Source of the DNA: Somniosus microcephalus
Taxonomy: Eukaryota
DNA length: 64,000 nucleotides
Reading direction: 5' to 3'
Assembly: GCA_052327205.1 (NCBI GenBank)
Contig: CM126208.1
Location: 164,300,001 to 164,364,000, forward strand
The notes below the pieces were generated by a model. That model had not been told where the DNA came from. It searched no databases and worked only from the letters and a program-made list of their open reading frames with translations. Positions 22,480 through 34,660 of the stretch are shown in pieces; the first letter of the stretch is position 1, and every line of letters starts with the position of its first letter. A program made the translations under genes and the position numbers.

Positions 22480-24011
22480 TTTTGGGTGTGGTTAGACTGG
22501 CTTAAAATGGCGTCTCTCGCGCTTTCCTTTCTTCCCCGCTGCGGCTTAAAATGGCGTCTCCCGCGCTGCCACCAACGCCGCTCTCGACGGTCCTCGTCGC
22601 AAATGGCGACGCCCTGTGGGTTTCGTGTACTGCTCCTGCGCTGCTGCCAATGCCGCTCTCTGCGGTCCTTGTGGCAATGGCAGCGCCTCGCGTTTTCCTG
22701 CGCGCCTCTCTCCCCCGTTTGATGCTGCTTGGCCCTTGAACACCGGCTGCGCTCTGCTCTCTCTCGTCTCTCTCACCCGTTGACGCCGCTCGGTCCTGAA
22801 CACCAGCTGCGCCCTGCGCGCTCTGCCCTCTCTCTCTTCCCCGTCGACGCTGCTCGGCCTTTTTCTGTGCTGCTCGGTCGGGCTCTAGCCCGCTGCTGTC
22901 CGGGAAGGGTCTGCGCAGTGCCTGTTGCCAGCCCGTTTCGCTGGACCACCGTGACTGGAAAGCCAAGCCTGGCTCTCGACAGCCTCCCCTGCGATGCTCA
23001 AATCTCCGCTGGATGACTGGGCGGTTGCCCGTAGTCGACGCCCGTGCTTCTGGACTTGACCTTCTTCCACTGTTCTCCAGGAGCGAATCCCCGGGAGGTG
23101 ATGCAGAGTTGCAGGTAGGTTCGAACCTTCCTCGTCGCCAATGTTACGTCCGTGTATAATCAGACACAGACTGCGGAGAACGGTACAAACGGTGTTTACT
23201 CAACGTGGCTCAGACTGCAACTGAACTGTACAGATTACTACTCAACGTTATATACAGGTGTGGTCACTGCTGGTACTACAGTATACATGAGCTGTAAAAA
23301 GTAGTTCCCCCCCTTAAAGGTACATACATTACACTCTTGAGTGCCGGGTTCATTTGCCGGCACTCCCGATCCCTGGTGGCCCAGCTGGGCGCCAGGATGT
23401 GCTGCGCCAGGCCCCTCCCCTTTAATAAGGGGAGGAAGGCCTGCAGTACTGCGGTGCGACGTGTGGCACTGTGGCACGTAGCACCACGATATTGGCTCGC
23501 AGCACCCAAAGAGGGACGCGGGGCACTTCCAGTAGTGCCCCTCCTCCCTCTCGGGTTGCTACCTGGGAAAATCGGCTGCGGGGGCGCTAACTTTTTAGGG
23601 GCACTAAAATTAGTGCCCCGGCGAAGCTAGCACCCCAAAGGGGGCGCTACCAATTTTTACCCCGTTATATCTCTAACTTTTTCCCATTCTGATGAAAGGT
23701 CATTGACCTGAAGTGTTAACTCTGTTTCTCTCACCACAGATACTGTCTGACCTGCTGAGCATTTCCAGCATTTTCAGTTTTTATTTCAGATTTCCAGCAT
23801 CCGCAGTATTTTGCTTTTATGTATTTGATAAAACGCAAAGCTTTCTTGCTCCTGTGTAATTTAAATCCTTGCTTAACTAGCTCACTCAGGTTTTCTATAT
23901 AGGTCTATTATAGCCAAATTCTCAACTACCATTGCAAGCTCTTTGAATATGTGAAGGCCTAGAAGCAAGTTGCCCAGTGATTATTTTGGCCCACCTGTTG
24001 GGTAGGTCTAA

Positions 24012-24374
24012 GGGCGTGATTTTATTGCAGCTACCAGCGTCTGATAGGGTGGGAGACGAGTGTATGTTTTGCTCGTTATTTTGAGAGTGTATTGAATAAA
24101 GAGTAATTGTGAATAATAGGTGAAGGCAGGTGTCCAGGTTTCTGCGCATTAGGCCGGATTCAAAGAAAATCCCAGTGTGGGAAGTTTGTCCCCTCGGCCC
24201 ACCACCTCTCAAGTCAGGGGCTATGTTTGGGGTGGTCGGAGATTCTGACCCAAAAAGACCCCAACGGAAACTCACGGCCAGGGCTGGGATTAAATGTATC
24301 CAAGTTCCCCCTCACTGCACTCCTAGCTGACTTACACTGGAAGTGCACAGCTGGGCTGTTGCAAATTTAGGGCC
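24012..24374. mobile_element. Short degenerate Harbinger-type MITE
   Basis: Ends GGGCGTGATTTT / AAATTTAGGGCC resemble the other Harbinger termini; GC-rich interior in AT-rich context. Confidence 0.45.
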
Positions 24375-24474
24375 ATAGAATGAGCCCTAATTTTATGTGA
24401 TGTACACAGCAGCTATTACAACTAATGCTTTGTGGAACATGGTCAAATCCAGGCAGCAATACAGAGCACAGTAG

Positions 24475-24760
24475 AACCATAGAATGATACAGCACAGAAG
24501 GAGGCCATTTGGCCCATCGTGCCAATTAATCCCACTCCCCTGCTCTTTCCCCATAGCCCTGTAAAGTTTTTCCTTTCAAGTATTCATTCAATTCTCTTTT
24601 GAAAGTTAGTATTGAATCTGCTTCCATCACCCTTTCAGGCAGAGCATTCCAGATCATAACAACTCGCTGTGTAAAAAAATGCTTCCTCATGTTGCCTCTG
24701 GGTCTTTTGCCAATCATCTTAAATCTGTGTCCTCTGGTTACCAACCCTTCTGCTACTGGA
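24475..24760 (-). mobile_element. CR1 3' fragment
   Basis: TRGHRFKMIG...FFTQRVV..WNALP; CATAGAA-type tail. Confidence 0.9.
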
Positions 24761-26540
24761 AGCAGTAGTTAGAAGTTATTTTGTATAAGTAATAACTGAT
24801 GTAGGAAGCGTAGCATGTTCATTATTTTATATTATTGCATGAAGACAAGTTGTATTGATTGAATTAAGTGCATTGGATCATAACTGTTGCTCTGTCTGCT
24901 CACTTGCTGTGAAATAAAGCAACTTAAGGATTCATATCTGGCCTCTGCTCACTAAATGTTTGTTCGGTCTACCTTTGGGGTGACTGAAGGTGCATGCCTG
25001 TGAAAGATACAAATATCCCGTTCAGATCAAAAGTGGATGCTATTGTTGCACCCCTGTGTTACACTATCATAAAAATATTGGCCCATATGGGCACACCCCT
25101 AAATGTAAGATGCTCAGACTGTTTACGGGAGTGACAAGCATCACCGTACCCAAGAGAATACCTAAGGTAAGATGTTAAATTTGTAACACAGGCATCAAGT
25201 TTTATCTTCACCATGTCTGTCAAATTCTCTGCTCTCTACAAGATCTCTGGTTCAATGGTACCCCTCCCATTGTCCTCAAACTGTATGCCCCTAGGTTTAC
25301 CACTGCCTGTGCATATCTTACTTCAAATCCACCTATGAGTTCGCTTGGGAATTTTGTCATGCTCACCCTATCCCAGGAAAGGTGATTCCTCTTACTCTTC
25401 CCATTAGCACCTTATTGCCCTTACATGTGGACTATCTAAAATTATGGAAGCTACTATTAATTCATTTAATTATCCACCACCTTGATAGTTCTGGCAACAT
25501 AGTATGGAGCTTGAGATTTTCAGCCAGCTTTACTATCTGATGTCTGAGCATGCTCTGTAGAATAACTATCAATAAGTAAAGAAATTCAAACCAATTGGGA
25601 GACAATTGTGAGCAAAATATTTAATTTCCTATTCCTTCAATTATTTTAAATCAAAATAAATTCAACTGATTTACATGGATGTCCTTTGTAAGATCATTTC
25701 TTGGCCAGCCAGAAAATGAGATCATTTTGTATAAATTATAAGGTTTCACATGTAAAATCCCTGAGTAATTTTCATGTCATGCATTTTGTAAATAAATAAT
25801 ACAATGCAGAGATGTGAGAGAAAAAAATCAACCAGAATTCCTTTCACACGAGTGATACCACACATCTCCTGGCAATAGGGCATGTTGATAATCAGTCACA
25901 GAACTGCTTGGAAAGAAACCCCTACCAATCTTGCTTTAAGACAGCAGTGCCTGTCATTACAGGTCAGGCAAGCAGAAAAACCCAAGGGAGACGAGTTAAT
26001 TGAACTCTGAGCTCAGTAGTCACTGGATGGATAAAAAGCCATGTTTCTTCATGCTGGAGTTAGCTCTGTGTTTTTATACTGGGCGCTCGCATGCTGTGGC
26101 TTGCCATGTAGCAATTAAAAGGATTGTTGCTTCATCAGCCATCAGGTCATTAGAGATTAAAAGGATCTCCTGCTGACAGAAGGAAGAGCTTGCCCATTTA
26201 TTGATGGATAATGATGCATTTGCACATTGTTGTGCCTTTAATCACCCATTTAACAACACTGCATAGTAAACAAAAATAAATGATGTGTTGGTAATTGTGA
26301 CAAAAGTGCTGACTATTAATGACATGACTTTATTTTAAAAACTCTAGAAAATAAAGGATGCTTTGGAGCAGAAGAATGTGAGTTCACATGCTTGAACTAC
26401 CATGTAATGTGTTCCCAGTCTCAAGTATGCTGTCATGGGGAAGTGCCTCAGGCCTCTGCTTACAGAGCAGCTGAGAGTAGGGTGTCTATATGTCTTTTGT
26501 TTCAGAAGGAATGGAGGGAAACAATAATATACTACAAAGA

Positions 26541-28099
26541 ATGATAAGTCACCAGGACCAAATGGCATGCATCCTAGGATGCTGAGGGAGGTTAAGGAGA
26601 AAATTGCGGAGGTACTGGCCATAATCTTCCAATCCTCCTTAGATACGGGGGTGGTGCCAGAGGACTGGAAATTTGCAAATGTTACACCCTTGTTCAAAAA
26701 AGGGTGTAAAGATAAACCCAGCAACTACAGGCCAGTCAGTTTAACCTCGGTAGTGGGGAAGCATTTGGAAACGATAATCAGGGACAAAGTTAACAGTCAC
26801 TTGGATAAGTGTGGATTAATTAAGGAAAGCCAGCACGGATTTGTTAAAGGCAAATTGTGTTTAACTAACTTGATTGAGTTTTTGATGAGGTAACAGAGGG
26901 GGTTGATGAGGGCAATACGGTTCACATGGTGTCTTTGGACTTCCAAAAGGCGTTTGATAAAGTGCCACATAATAAGGCTTACCAGTAAAGTTGAAGCCCA
27001 TGGAATAAAAGGGACAGTGGCAGCATGGATACGAAATTGACTAAGTGACAGGAAACAGAGAGTAGTGGTGAATGTTTTTTCGGACTGGTGTTCCCTAGGG
27101 GTTGGTACTAGAACCACTGCTTTTTTTGATATATTTGAATGACTTGGACTTGGGAGTACAGGGCACAATTTAAAAATTTGCAGATGACACTAAACTTGGA
27201 AGCATAGTGAACAGTGAGGAGGATAGTGATAGACTTCAAGAGGACATCGACAGACTGGAGGAATGGGCGGACACGTGGCAGATGAAATTTAATGCAGAAA
27301 CATGCAAAGTGATACATTTTGGTAGGAAGAATGAGGAGAGGCAATATAAACTAAATGGAACAATCCTAAAGTGGGTGCATGAACAGAGAGACCTGGGGGT
27401 ATATGTGCACAAATCATTAAAGGTGGCAGGGCAGGTTGAGAAAGCGGTTAAAAAAGCATACGGGATCCTGGGCTTCATAAATAGAGGCATAAAGTACAAA
27501 AGCAAGGATGTTATGATGAACATTTATAAAGCACTGGTTTGGCCTCAACTGGAGTATTGTGTCCATTTCTGGGCATCGCACTTTAGGAAGGATGTGAAGG
27601 CCTTAGAGAGGGTGCAGAAAAGATTTACGAGAATGATTCCAGGGATGAGGGACTTCAGTTGCATGGATAGACTGGAGAAGCTGGGGTCATTCTCCTTAGA
27701 GCAGAGAAGGTTGAGAGGAGATTTGATAGAGGTGTTCAAAATCATGAGGAGCCTGGACAAAGTAGATAGAGAGAAACTCTTCCCATTGGCGGAAGGGTCG
27801 AGAACCAAAGGACACAGATTCAAGGTGATTGGCAAAAGAACCAAAGTCGACATGAGGAAAAACTTTCTTACGCAGCAAGTGGTTATGATCTGGAATGCAC
27901 TGCCTGAAAGAATCTGCCTCCACCACCCTATCATAGCTTTCAAAAGGGAATTGGATAAGTACCTGAGGGGAAAAAATTTGCAGAGCTACGGGGATAGAGC
28001 GTGGAGTGGGACTAGCTGAAGTGCTCTTGCAGAGAGCCAGTACGGGCTCGACGGGCCGAATGGCCTCCTTCTGTGCTGTAATCATTCTATGATTCTATG
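26541..28099 (+). mobile_element. CR1 LINE, 5'-truncated, frameshifted RT
   Basis: ORFs 26567-26893 and 27207-28019 are CR1 ORF2 segments; tail ATTCTATGATTCTATG. Confidence 0.93.
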
Positions 28100-28309
28100 A
28101 AAATAATATTGCTTCCAAATAAATCTTTACTTATTTGATTCAGAAGAAAAATTGATAATTAGTTCATCTCTACAATGTTATGACAAATGTGCTTAAAGCT
28201 GCATCTATAGCATTTGGCAATCTAAACTCAGCTGAATATAGTGACCCATCTTTGCTGCTAACTCACAACAGTTTGTAAAGCACAAAACCAAAAATATAGA
28301 TTGCAAACT

Positions 28310-28530
28310 AAGGTTCTAGAGACTGAGAGTTTGTTTCCCCTGGCTGGAGTGTCTAGAACTAGGGGACATATTCTCAGGCTATGGGGTAGGCCATTTAAGA
28401 CCGAGATGAGGAGGAATTTCTTCACTCAGAGGATTTTGTATCTTTGGAATTCTCTGCCCCAGAGAGTTGTGAATGCTGAGTCTTTGAGTATATTCAATGC
28501 TGAGAGAGATAGATTTTTGGACTCTAGGGG
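28310..28530 (+). mobile_element. CR1 ORF2 C-terminal fragment fused to an inverted CR1
   Basis: LFPLAGVSRTRGH...FFTQR..LWNSLPQ, abruptly joined to a minus-strand RT near 28532. Confidence 0.8.
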
Positions 28531-29262
28531 AATCCTTGCATCCTCCTCACAACTTACATTCCCACCCAGCTTTGTATCATCAGCAAACTTGGTTATATTA
28601 CATTCGGTCCCCTCATCCAAATCATTGATATAGATTGTGAATAGCGGAGGCCCAAGTACTGATCCTTGTGGTACCCCACTAGTTACAGCCTGCCAACCTG
28701 AAAATGACCCGTTTATTCCTACTCTCTGTTTTCTGTCCGTTAACCAATCCTCAATCCATTCGAGTATATTACCCCCAATCCCATGAGCCCTAATTTTGTT
28801 TAATAACCTCTTGTGTGGCACCTTATCGAATACCTTCTGAAAATCCAAATACATTACTTCCTCTGGTTCCCCCTTTATCTATTCTGCTAGTTACAATCTC
28901 AAAAATCTCTAACAGACTCGTCAAACACGATTTCCCTTTCATAAACCCGTGTTGATTCTGCCCAATCCTATTATTATTTTCTAAGTGCCCTGTTACCATG
29001 TCCTTAATAATAGATTCTAGCATTTTCCCGACTACTGATGTCAGGCTAACTGGACTGTAGTTCCCTGTTTTCTCTCTCCCTCCTTTCTTAAATAGTGGGG
29101 TTACATTTGCTACCTTCCAATCCGTTCTAGAATCTATGGAATTTTGGAAGGTGACAACCAATGCATCCACTATCTCTATAGCCACCTCTTTCAAAACCCT
29201 AGGATATAGGCAATCAGGTCCAGGGGATTTATCGGCTTTCAGTCCCATTAATTTCTCCAGTA

Positions 29263-29882
29263 CAGGTAGACTATCCTTTATCCGAAAACCTCGGGACCAG
29301 CCGTGTTTTGGTTTTCGGAAAATTTTGGATTTCGGAAGGTGGGTCGGTGGGGGTCCGTGGGGGGGTCGGCGGGGGTCCGCGGGGGGGTCGGCGGGGGTCG
29401 GGGTTGGCGGGGGTCCGCGGGGGGGTCGGCGGGGGTCGGGGTCGGGGTCGGCGGGGGGGTCGGCGGGGGGGTCGGCGGGGGTCCGCGGGGGGGTCCGTGG
29501 GGGGTCGTGCGCATGACTTACGGTGACCCTCTGCTCAGCGTAAGTCGGCAGGGGTCCACGGGGGGGTCGGCGGGGGTCCGCGGGGGGGGTCGGCGGGGGT
29601 CCGCGGGGGGGTCCGCGGGGGGGTCCGCGGGGGGTCGTGCGCACGACTTACGCTGACCCTCTGCTCAGCGTAAGTCGGCGGGGGGGTCGGTGGGGTTGGC
29701 GGGGGTCGGGGTCGGCGGGGGTCCGCGGGGGGTCATGCGCACGTCTTACGCTGACCCTCTGCTCAGCGTAAGTTGTGCGCCACTCTGGTCATGTCATGCG
29801 CACGACTTACGCTGACCGAAAAAACCTTCGGTTTTTAAAGGGTTTCGGTTTTCGGAAGTTCGGATAAAGGGTAGTCTACCTG
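29263..29882. mobile_element. Tc1/mariner-pogo-type MITE with G-rich repeat interior
   Basis: 24-bp TIRs CAGGTAGACTA(T/C)CCTTTATCCGAA with 1 mismatch; TA duplicated at 29261-62 and 29883-84; CR1 host continuous across it. Confidence 0.9.
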
Positions 29883-29995
29883 TACTACTTTTTTACTAAT
29901 ACTAATTTTTTCATTTCCTCATTCTCGCTAGACACTTGTTTACCCACTATTTCCAGGAAGCTTTTTGTGTCTTCTTCTGTGAAGACAGACACTTA

Positions 29996-30664
29996 GGGCG
30001 TGGTCTTGCCAGCCCTGGGGAGGCGGGTATGGAGGCGGGACTGCTGGGAAAATGGCAGAATCTGGGGGCGGGTGCCCATCCCGTCCCCAACCCGCCTCCG
30101 TGCCATCTTGCCAGGAGGCAGGTAGTCGACCCAGATAGTTAACAGGCAGATAAGAGGATTATCCCCATTTTACCCACACAAGTGAGGGCATCCCGAAGGC
30201 TCCGAACCCCACCATGATCACCGAGCAGTGGGTCTGCGGGGGTCAGAGGGGTGCAAAAGTGCGCTGTGAAGTTAAGTGATGGGTGCAAGTGTGGAGAGGT
30301 GAGTATGTGAGGTAAGTGGAAAGTGTTAGTAAAAGTTTACTTACCTTTGTTTCTTCCTGCAGGCTTCAAGAGTTGAGGATGCAGAGAGTCTTGCACCTCC
30401 GCAGCAGAGATGACAGATGGCTGCTGCATTCTCCAATGCAGCAACCATCTAATTTCTGCTAAATAAAGAGGTTTGATGAAGTCTTGAATTCAAGAACTCA
30501 TCAAACTACAGAGAATGTCAGTGTTTAACAGCTTCACTGGGCGGGCTTCACAAGGTCAATCAAGGGAAAATAGCGTGGGTTGGCCAGAAGTTGATGGAGG
30601 CGAGACTGAAACCGACAAGTGGGAGTCCCGCCTCCAAAAGCTCCCCATTGGCAAAATCCAGCCC
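29996..30664. mobile_element. Harbinger-type MITE inside CR1
   Basis: Ends GGGCGTGGTCTTGCC / GGCAAAATCCAGCCC; CR1 host GACAGACAC|AAAGTATT resumes after it. Confidence 0.7.
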
Positions 30665-31109
30665 AAAGTATTTTTAAATTTCTCTGCCATTTCCTTATTT
30701 TCCATTATAATTTCTCTTGACTCAGCCTGTAAGGGACCCCAATTTACTTTCGTTAATCTTTTCCTTTTTACATACCTATAGAAGCTTTTACGGTCTGTTT
30801 TTATGTCTCTCGCTAGTTTACTCTCATATTCTATTTTCCCTTTCTTCATCAATTTCTTGGTCCTCCTTTGCTGAATTCTAAAATCCTCCCAATCCTCAGG
30901 TTTACTACTCTTTTTGGCAGCATTATAAGCCTCTTCCTTGCTGGCTGTGTTTGGATAGATAGGAATGGAACTATGCAGTGGCAGTATCATGGAGTTGATG
31001 GAGAGGCATTGCAGTAAGATGGCGTGCTATCAAATGTTGAGGAGAGATCAAGAGGATGAGGTGAGTTAAAGGACCATGGTCATATCGACAATCATGATGC
31101 TGGCTAGGG

Positions 31110-31220
31110 TCCTACATTACAACAGTGACTACACTTCAAAAGTAGTTCATTAGCTGTAAAGCGCTTTGGGACGTCCTGACGTCATGAAAGGCGCTATATA
31201 AATGCAAGTCTTTCTTTCTT
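31110..31220 (+). mobile_element. SINE 3' end (Deu-SINE/L2-tail type)
   Basis: CCTACATTACAACAGTGACTACACTTCAAA...AAAGCGCTTTGGGACG...GGCGCTATATAAATGCAAG; related minus-strand pieces at ~2460-2555 and 52979-53120. Confidence 0.65.
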
Positions 31221-31264
31221 AAGGTAATTTCGGTGCTGCTCGAAGGGTAGAAGTCAGACTGAAG

Positions 31265-34200
31265 GGCCTAGAAATTCGGTGCGTAGCGCCTGTTGTTTGG
31301 GCACTATGGATGCCGAATTAGGACCAAATTGGCATCTGAACAGGGCGTGCACACTTCTGTTGTGGGCCACGCTCGATGCCATCTTGGTGAGGGCGGTAGG
31401 GTGGCCATTAGGAGCGTGTGCTAGAAGTACGGTAAGTAGACAGATTGTGACGTCAATCAACGTGCAACGCTGATTTGATGCCAGCGCCGCCATTTTCGTC
31501 ATCATCGCTGGAGCTAATGCTCTGTGTTACTCTCGCAGTAGCAAGGACCGCCCCCCCCCCCCCAACTGTGCTATTTAAAGGGACCATCACCAACTTTCAG
31601 GTAACTTGCTTTTTGATTTCTAGTGGCTCTGAGTAAGTTTGTGAAAGTGTTTGGAGCTTTCTAGAGTTATTTAAAGTTGGTGAGGTGACAGGGAATGGTG
31701 CTGCACGTGGAGAAGGCCTTGCTTCTGACTTCAAGGGTTCTGGTCAGACCATTTGTTCCCAGTCATTGGTGCTCTAGTTGTCATCCACCTTGGCCTGCAG
31801 CATGACAAGGAGATGGAGCAGTGGCAGCAAAGAAGAGGACCAACTGCTCGCAGCGGGAGGAGGAGGACGGGGAGAAGGGCTCCCAGCAGGAGGCCTTACC
31901 CACCTAGGGACTTCCGAGTGCAATTTTCTTACCTCAACCTGAGCCAGGAGCAGTGTGTGAAGTGTCTGTGCTTTATGAAGGAGGCGCTCACAGGACTCTG
32001 CAACCTCTTACAATCAGACCTGCCAGTGGCTGTGAAGGAGACTGTGGCCCTGAATTCCTCGCATCAGAATCCTTCCAGGCTGGAGCAGGCAATATCTGTA
32101 ACATTTCACAGTTTACCGTCCACTGCTGCATAAGAGAGGTGACAGATGCTCTTTATGCCAGGAGAGGGGACTTCATTGTCTTCTCTCTGATCAGAGTGAA
32201 GCAGATGGAGTGTGCACGTGGCTTTGCCAGGATAGCAGACTTCCCCATGGTGCAGGGCGCCATCGATTGCATGCATGTGGCTTTGCGGGCACCGTAATGC
32301 TTAGATGAAACGCAACTGCAAACTCGCTGAATGTGCAGTTGGTGTGTGACCATGATGGTGAATGTCCAGTATGCTGGCAGCAGTCATGATGCTTTCATTC
32401 TGTGCCAGTCCGCAGCTCCCTCAGTTTTTGAGCCACCAAGACAAACCAGAGGGTGGCTACTGGGCGACAAGGCTATCCCTTGACCACCTGGCTCAAGACT
32501 CCGCTCTGCAACCCAACCACACATGGCTAGAATGTGTCCAGCGAGAGCCATGATGCCACATAATACATCATAGAGCAGACTATTGATGCCCTTAAACAAT
32601 GGTTCTGCTGCCTGGACCACTCTGGAGAAGTCTTACAGTACTCAACTGAAGCATAACTTCCCCTCCCTTTGTATTGCAGCCTCCTTGAGATCAAGGCCAA
32701 CGCTCATTAGCCTTTTTGATTTGATTTTTGTATCTGTTCACTAGCTTTTAATGATTTGTGTACTTGGACTCCCAATCTCTTCGCTCCCCTACAGCTCTTA
32801 GCTTCTTACCATTTTGAAAATACTCCGATTTATTTTTTCTGCTGTCACCCTGAGAGAGGACAGCAGGTTTGTCCTCCACGGAGCCAATGCCACGCCCCTG
32901 GGGAGGAGCCTCAGCAGTCCTAGTAATCTGCTGGCGTGCTGTGACACCCTGCAAGCCCTTGTCAACACTGGTAAACCCAACCATGATGGCAGCAGTCTGT
33001 GCTTGTATGGCAGCAAGCTGGGCTTGCATGACTTCAGTCTGAGCTTCAATTGCAGCACTCAGACATTGAGTGGCTTCTTCTTGTGTTGCAATGAAAGCTG
33101 AAACATTGGCCATCAGACGCCGCATCATGGTTGGGTCCACAAGTGCACTAATATATCTGTCCACCCTTTCCACACTGGAAAGGATGGGCTCCAAGCTCTG
33201 CACAAAGCCCTGTGCAAGGTTGGAGTTGGACTCCTCCATGCTCCTTGACATTGCATTTAAGATTTCTGGCAGGACTGCCAATGCACCCATCAGCTTTGTT
33301 CTGTAGGCTGCCTCATCGAATTCCTCACTTGAGTCCTGTGCAGCAGAACTCATGTTTTTTTAATTCGCTCCTGGGATGTGGGTGTCGCTGGCAAGTGCAA
33401 CATTTATTGTCCATCCCTAATTGCCCTTGTGAAGGTGGTGGTGAGCGGCCTTCTTGAACCGCTGCCGTCCGTGAGGTGAAGGTACTTCCATCGTGCTGTT
33501 AGGGAGGGAGTTCCTCCAGGGAGCTGGCACCTCTGCTACCCCTTCCCCCTGCCCTGCCTGTAGGCCACTTGTGCTGGATGTCTCACCACATGCAGATCCC
33601 GCATCTAACCTATCCTCTAAAGTACGCAGAGTGTCAGTATCTAAGCTGGTGGCTGGGAGTGTGAAATCAAGTGATGGTGCTGTGTCTGTAACCTGGCCGG
33701 GCACTGGTGGATAAATGCTGGCCTTGCCAGTGACGCCCACATCCCATCTGCAGCTTGTAAATGAGAAGAATTTGTGAGATGAGGGGGAAGTGGAACATAA
33801 CAGGAGGCAGCCCCTGCTGCCTACTGCTATGTGCCACCATCTCCTGGAAAAAAGAGGGAAGTGTGTCAGTGAGTGCCGTACAATCTGTTTGGGTGACATT
33901 CCTGTCATGGTTGAGTAGCTGACAGTGTATGCAATCTGTGAGATGTGGGTGTGAGGCTTGCAGTAATGGTAAGTGTGTGAGGGTGAGGTGAAGCTATGAA
34001 TGTGAGGTATGAGTTGTGATTGATGGAGATTATTGGTAGATGAGTGATGGGTGTGTGGTGCATTGAGCGGTGTGTGAGTCTAGTGGTTCTGTTGTAAGGA
34101 TATGGCATTGGAAGATTAATTCACTAACCTTGACCACTCGTGTGAGGTCATTAAACTTTTTGCAGCACTGCATCTAGGTCCACAGGGCTACACTGCTTGC

Positions 34201-34660
34201 ACTGACCATGATGACTATGTGCTCCCATTGCTTTTTCCGATTTTGCCTGGAGGGCCTCCTGCAGATACACAACCTCTCTCCTGCTGTCTAACTCCTGCAC
34301 CAAGGCCTCCAGTGCTGCATCCGAGAACCTTGGAGCACACTTTCTCCCCTGTTGTTCCATCAGTACTTCATCCTGCTCACACTCTGTTCCCGAGCCAGTT
34401 GAATCACCTGCTGCAGTCAGAATATACCTCCCCTTTAAGAGGTGCAGGCTAGCTTTAATTGGTGCTAGCCAAGCACGAACTTGGGCCCCCTGCTGAGCGT
34501 GCAGCCACTCAGCAGCGTGTTCAGCACTGGGCTGCTCACCACAGTCATTATAATTAGCAGGCAGCACGAAGTTGGCGTGCTGCCTGCATCACTTTGAACG
34601 AGCATGGGTTGATCACACATCACGATTGCCACACCCGTTTTTGGGGACAATCCAATTTCT
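31265..34660 (+). mobile_element. Degenerate two-gene PIF/Harbinger transposon (transposase +, Myb/SANT -)
   Basis: Left end GGCCTAGAAATTC identical to 59604; RRPYPP, FSYLNLS, ISQFTVHCCIREVT, FPMVQGAIDC (31770-32640); Myb-like APRFSDAALEALVQE on the minus strand (~34150-34360); small CR1 and SINE pieces inside. Confidence 0.85.
31770..32645 (+). pseudogene. Harbinger (HARBI1-like) transposase pseudogene
   Basis: Frameshifted pieces colinear with 62316-63443, including GAIDC, GDK and CLDHSG. Confidence 0.85.

Larger units (their letters stand above)
18228..23333 (-). mobile_element. Full-length Gypsy (Mag-like) LTR retrotransposon B, sister subfamily of A
   Basis: LTRs 23142-23333 and 18228-18418 (2 substitutions + 1 indel seen); TSD CTCTT; PBS TGGCGACGAGG; PPT AAAAGGGGAGGAA. 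Confidence 0.97.
17819..23663. mobile_element. Harbinger-type MITE (~0.73 kb) interrupted by Gypsy B
   Basis: Imperfect TIRs GGGGGCTAAATTTGGT / ACCAATTTTTACCCC; 3-bp TSD GTT; TAGCGCC/GGCGCTA subterminal motifs shared with 59604-63947. Confidence 0.8.
16905..23820 (+). mobile_element. Penelope-like element remnant (GIY-YIG endonuclease region + 3' pLTR), split by a SINE and a MITE/Gypsy insertion
   Basis: VKQRFNCTSFNLVYCTRCSRCSLLxIxETKCRL...EH (17405-17530); host sequence AAAACCTGTT|ATATCTCT rejoins at 17818/23667; pLTR-like end with CTGATGA motif near 23689. Confidence 0.75.
28533..30960 (-). mobile_element. CR1 ORF2 segment interrupted by two MITEs
   Basis: [10 protein letters not shown] and KFADD (28426-28854), KSPGPD (~29220), KIEYESKLARDIK (30556-30990). 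Confidence 0.9.

Noticed and set aside
24990-25178. Possible host exon ending at AAG|GTAAGA
   Set aside because: No recognisable protein similarity, no clear acceptor or partner exons
28823-29644. 273-aa proline-rich ORF fused to an RT segment
   Set aside because: Chance read-through from the stop-free GC repeat of the MITE into the CR1 host
29515-29820. Palindromic repeats separated by spacers (CRISPR-like)
   Set aside because: The spacers are low-complexity G-runs inside a TIR/TA-bounded MITE
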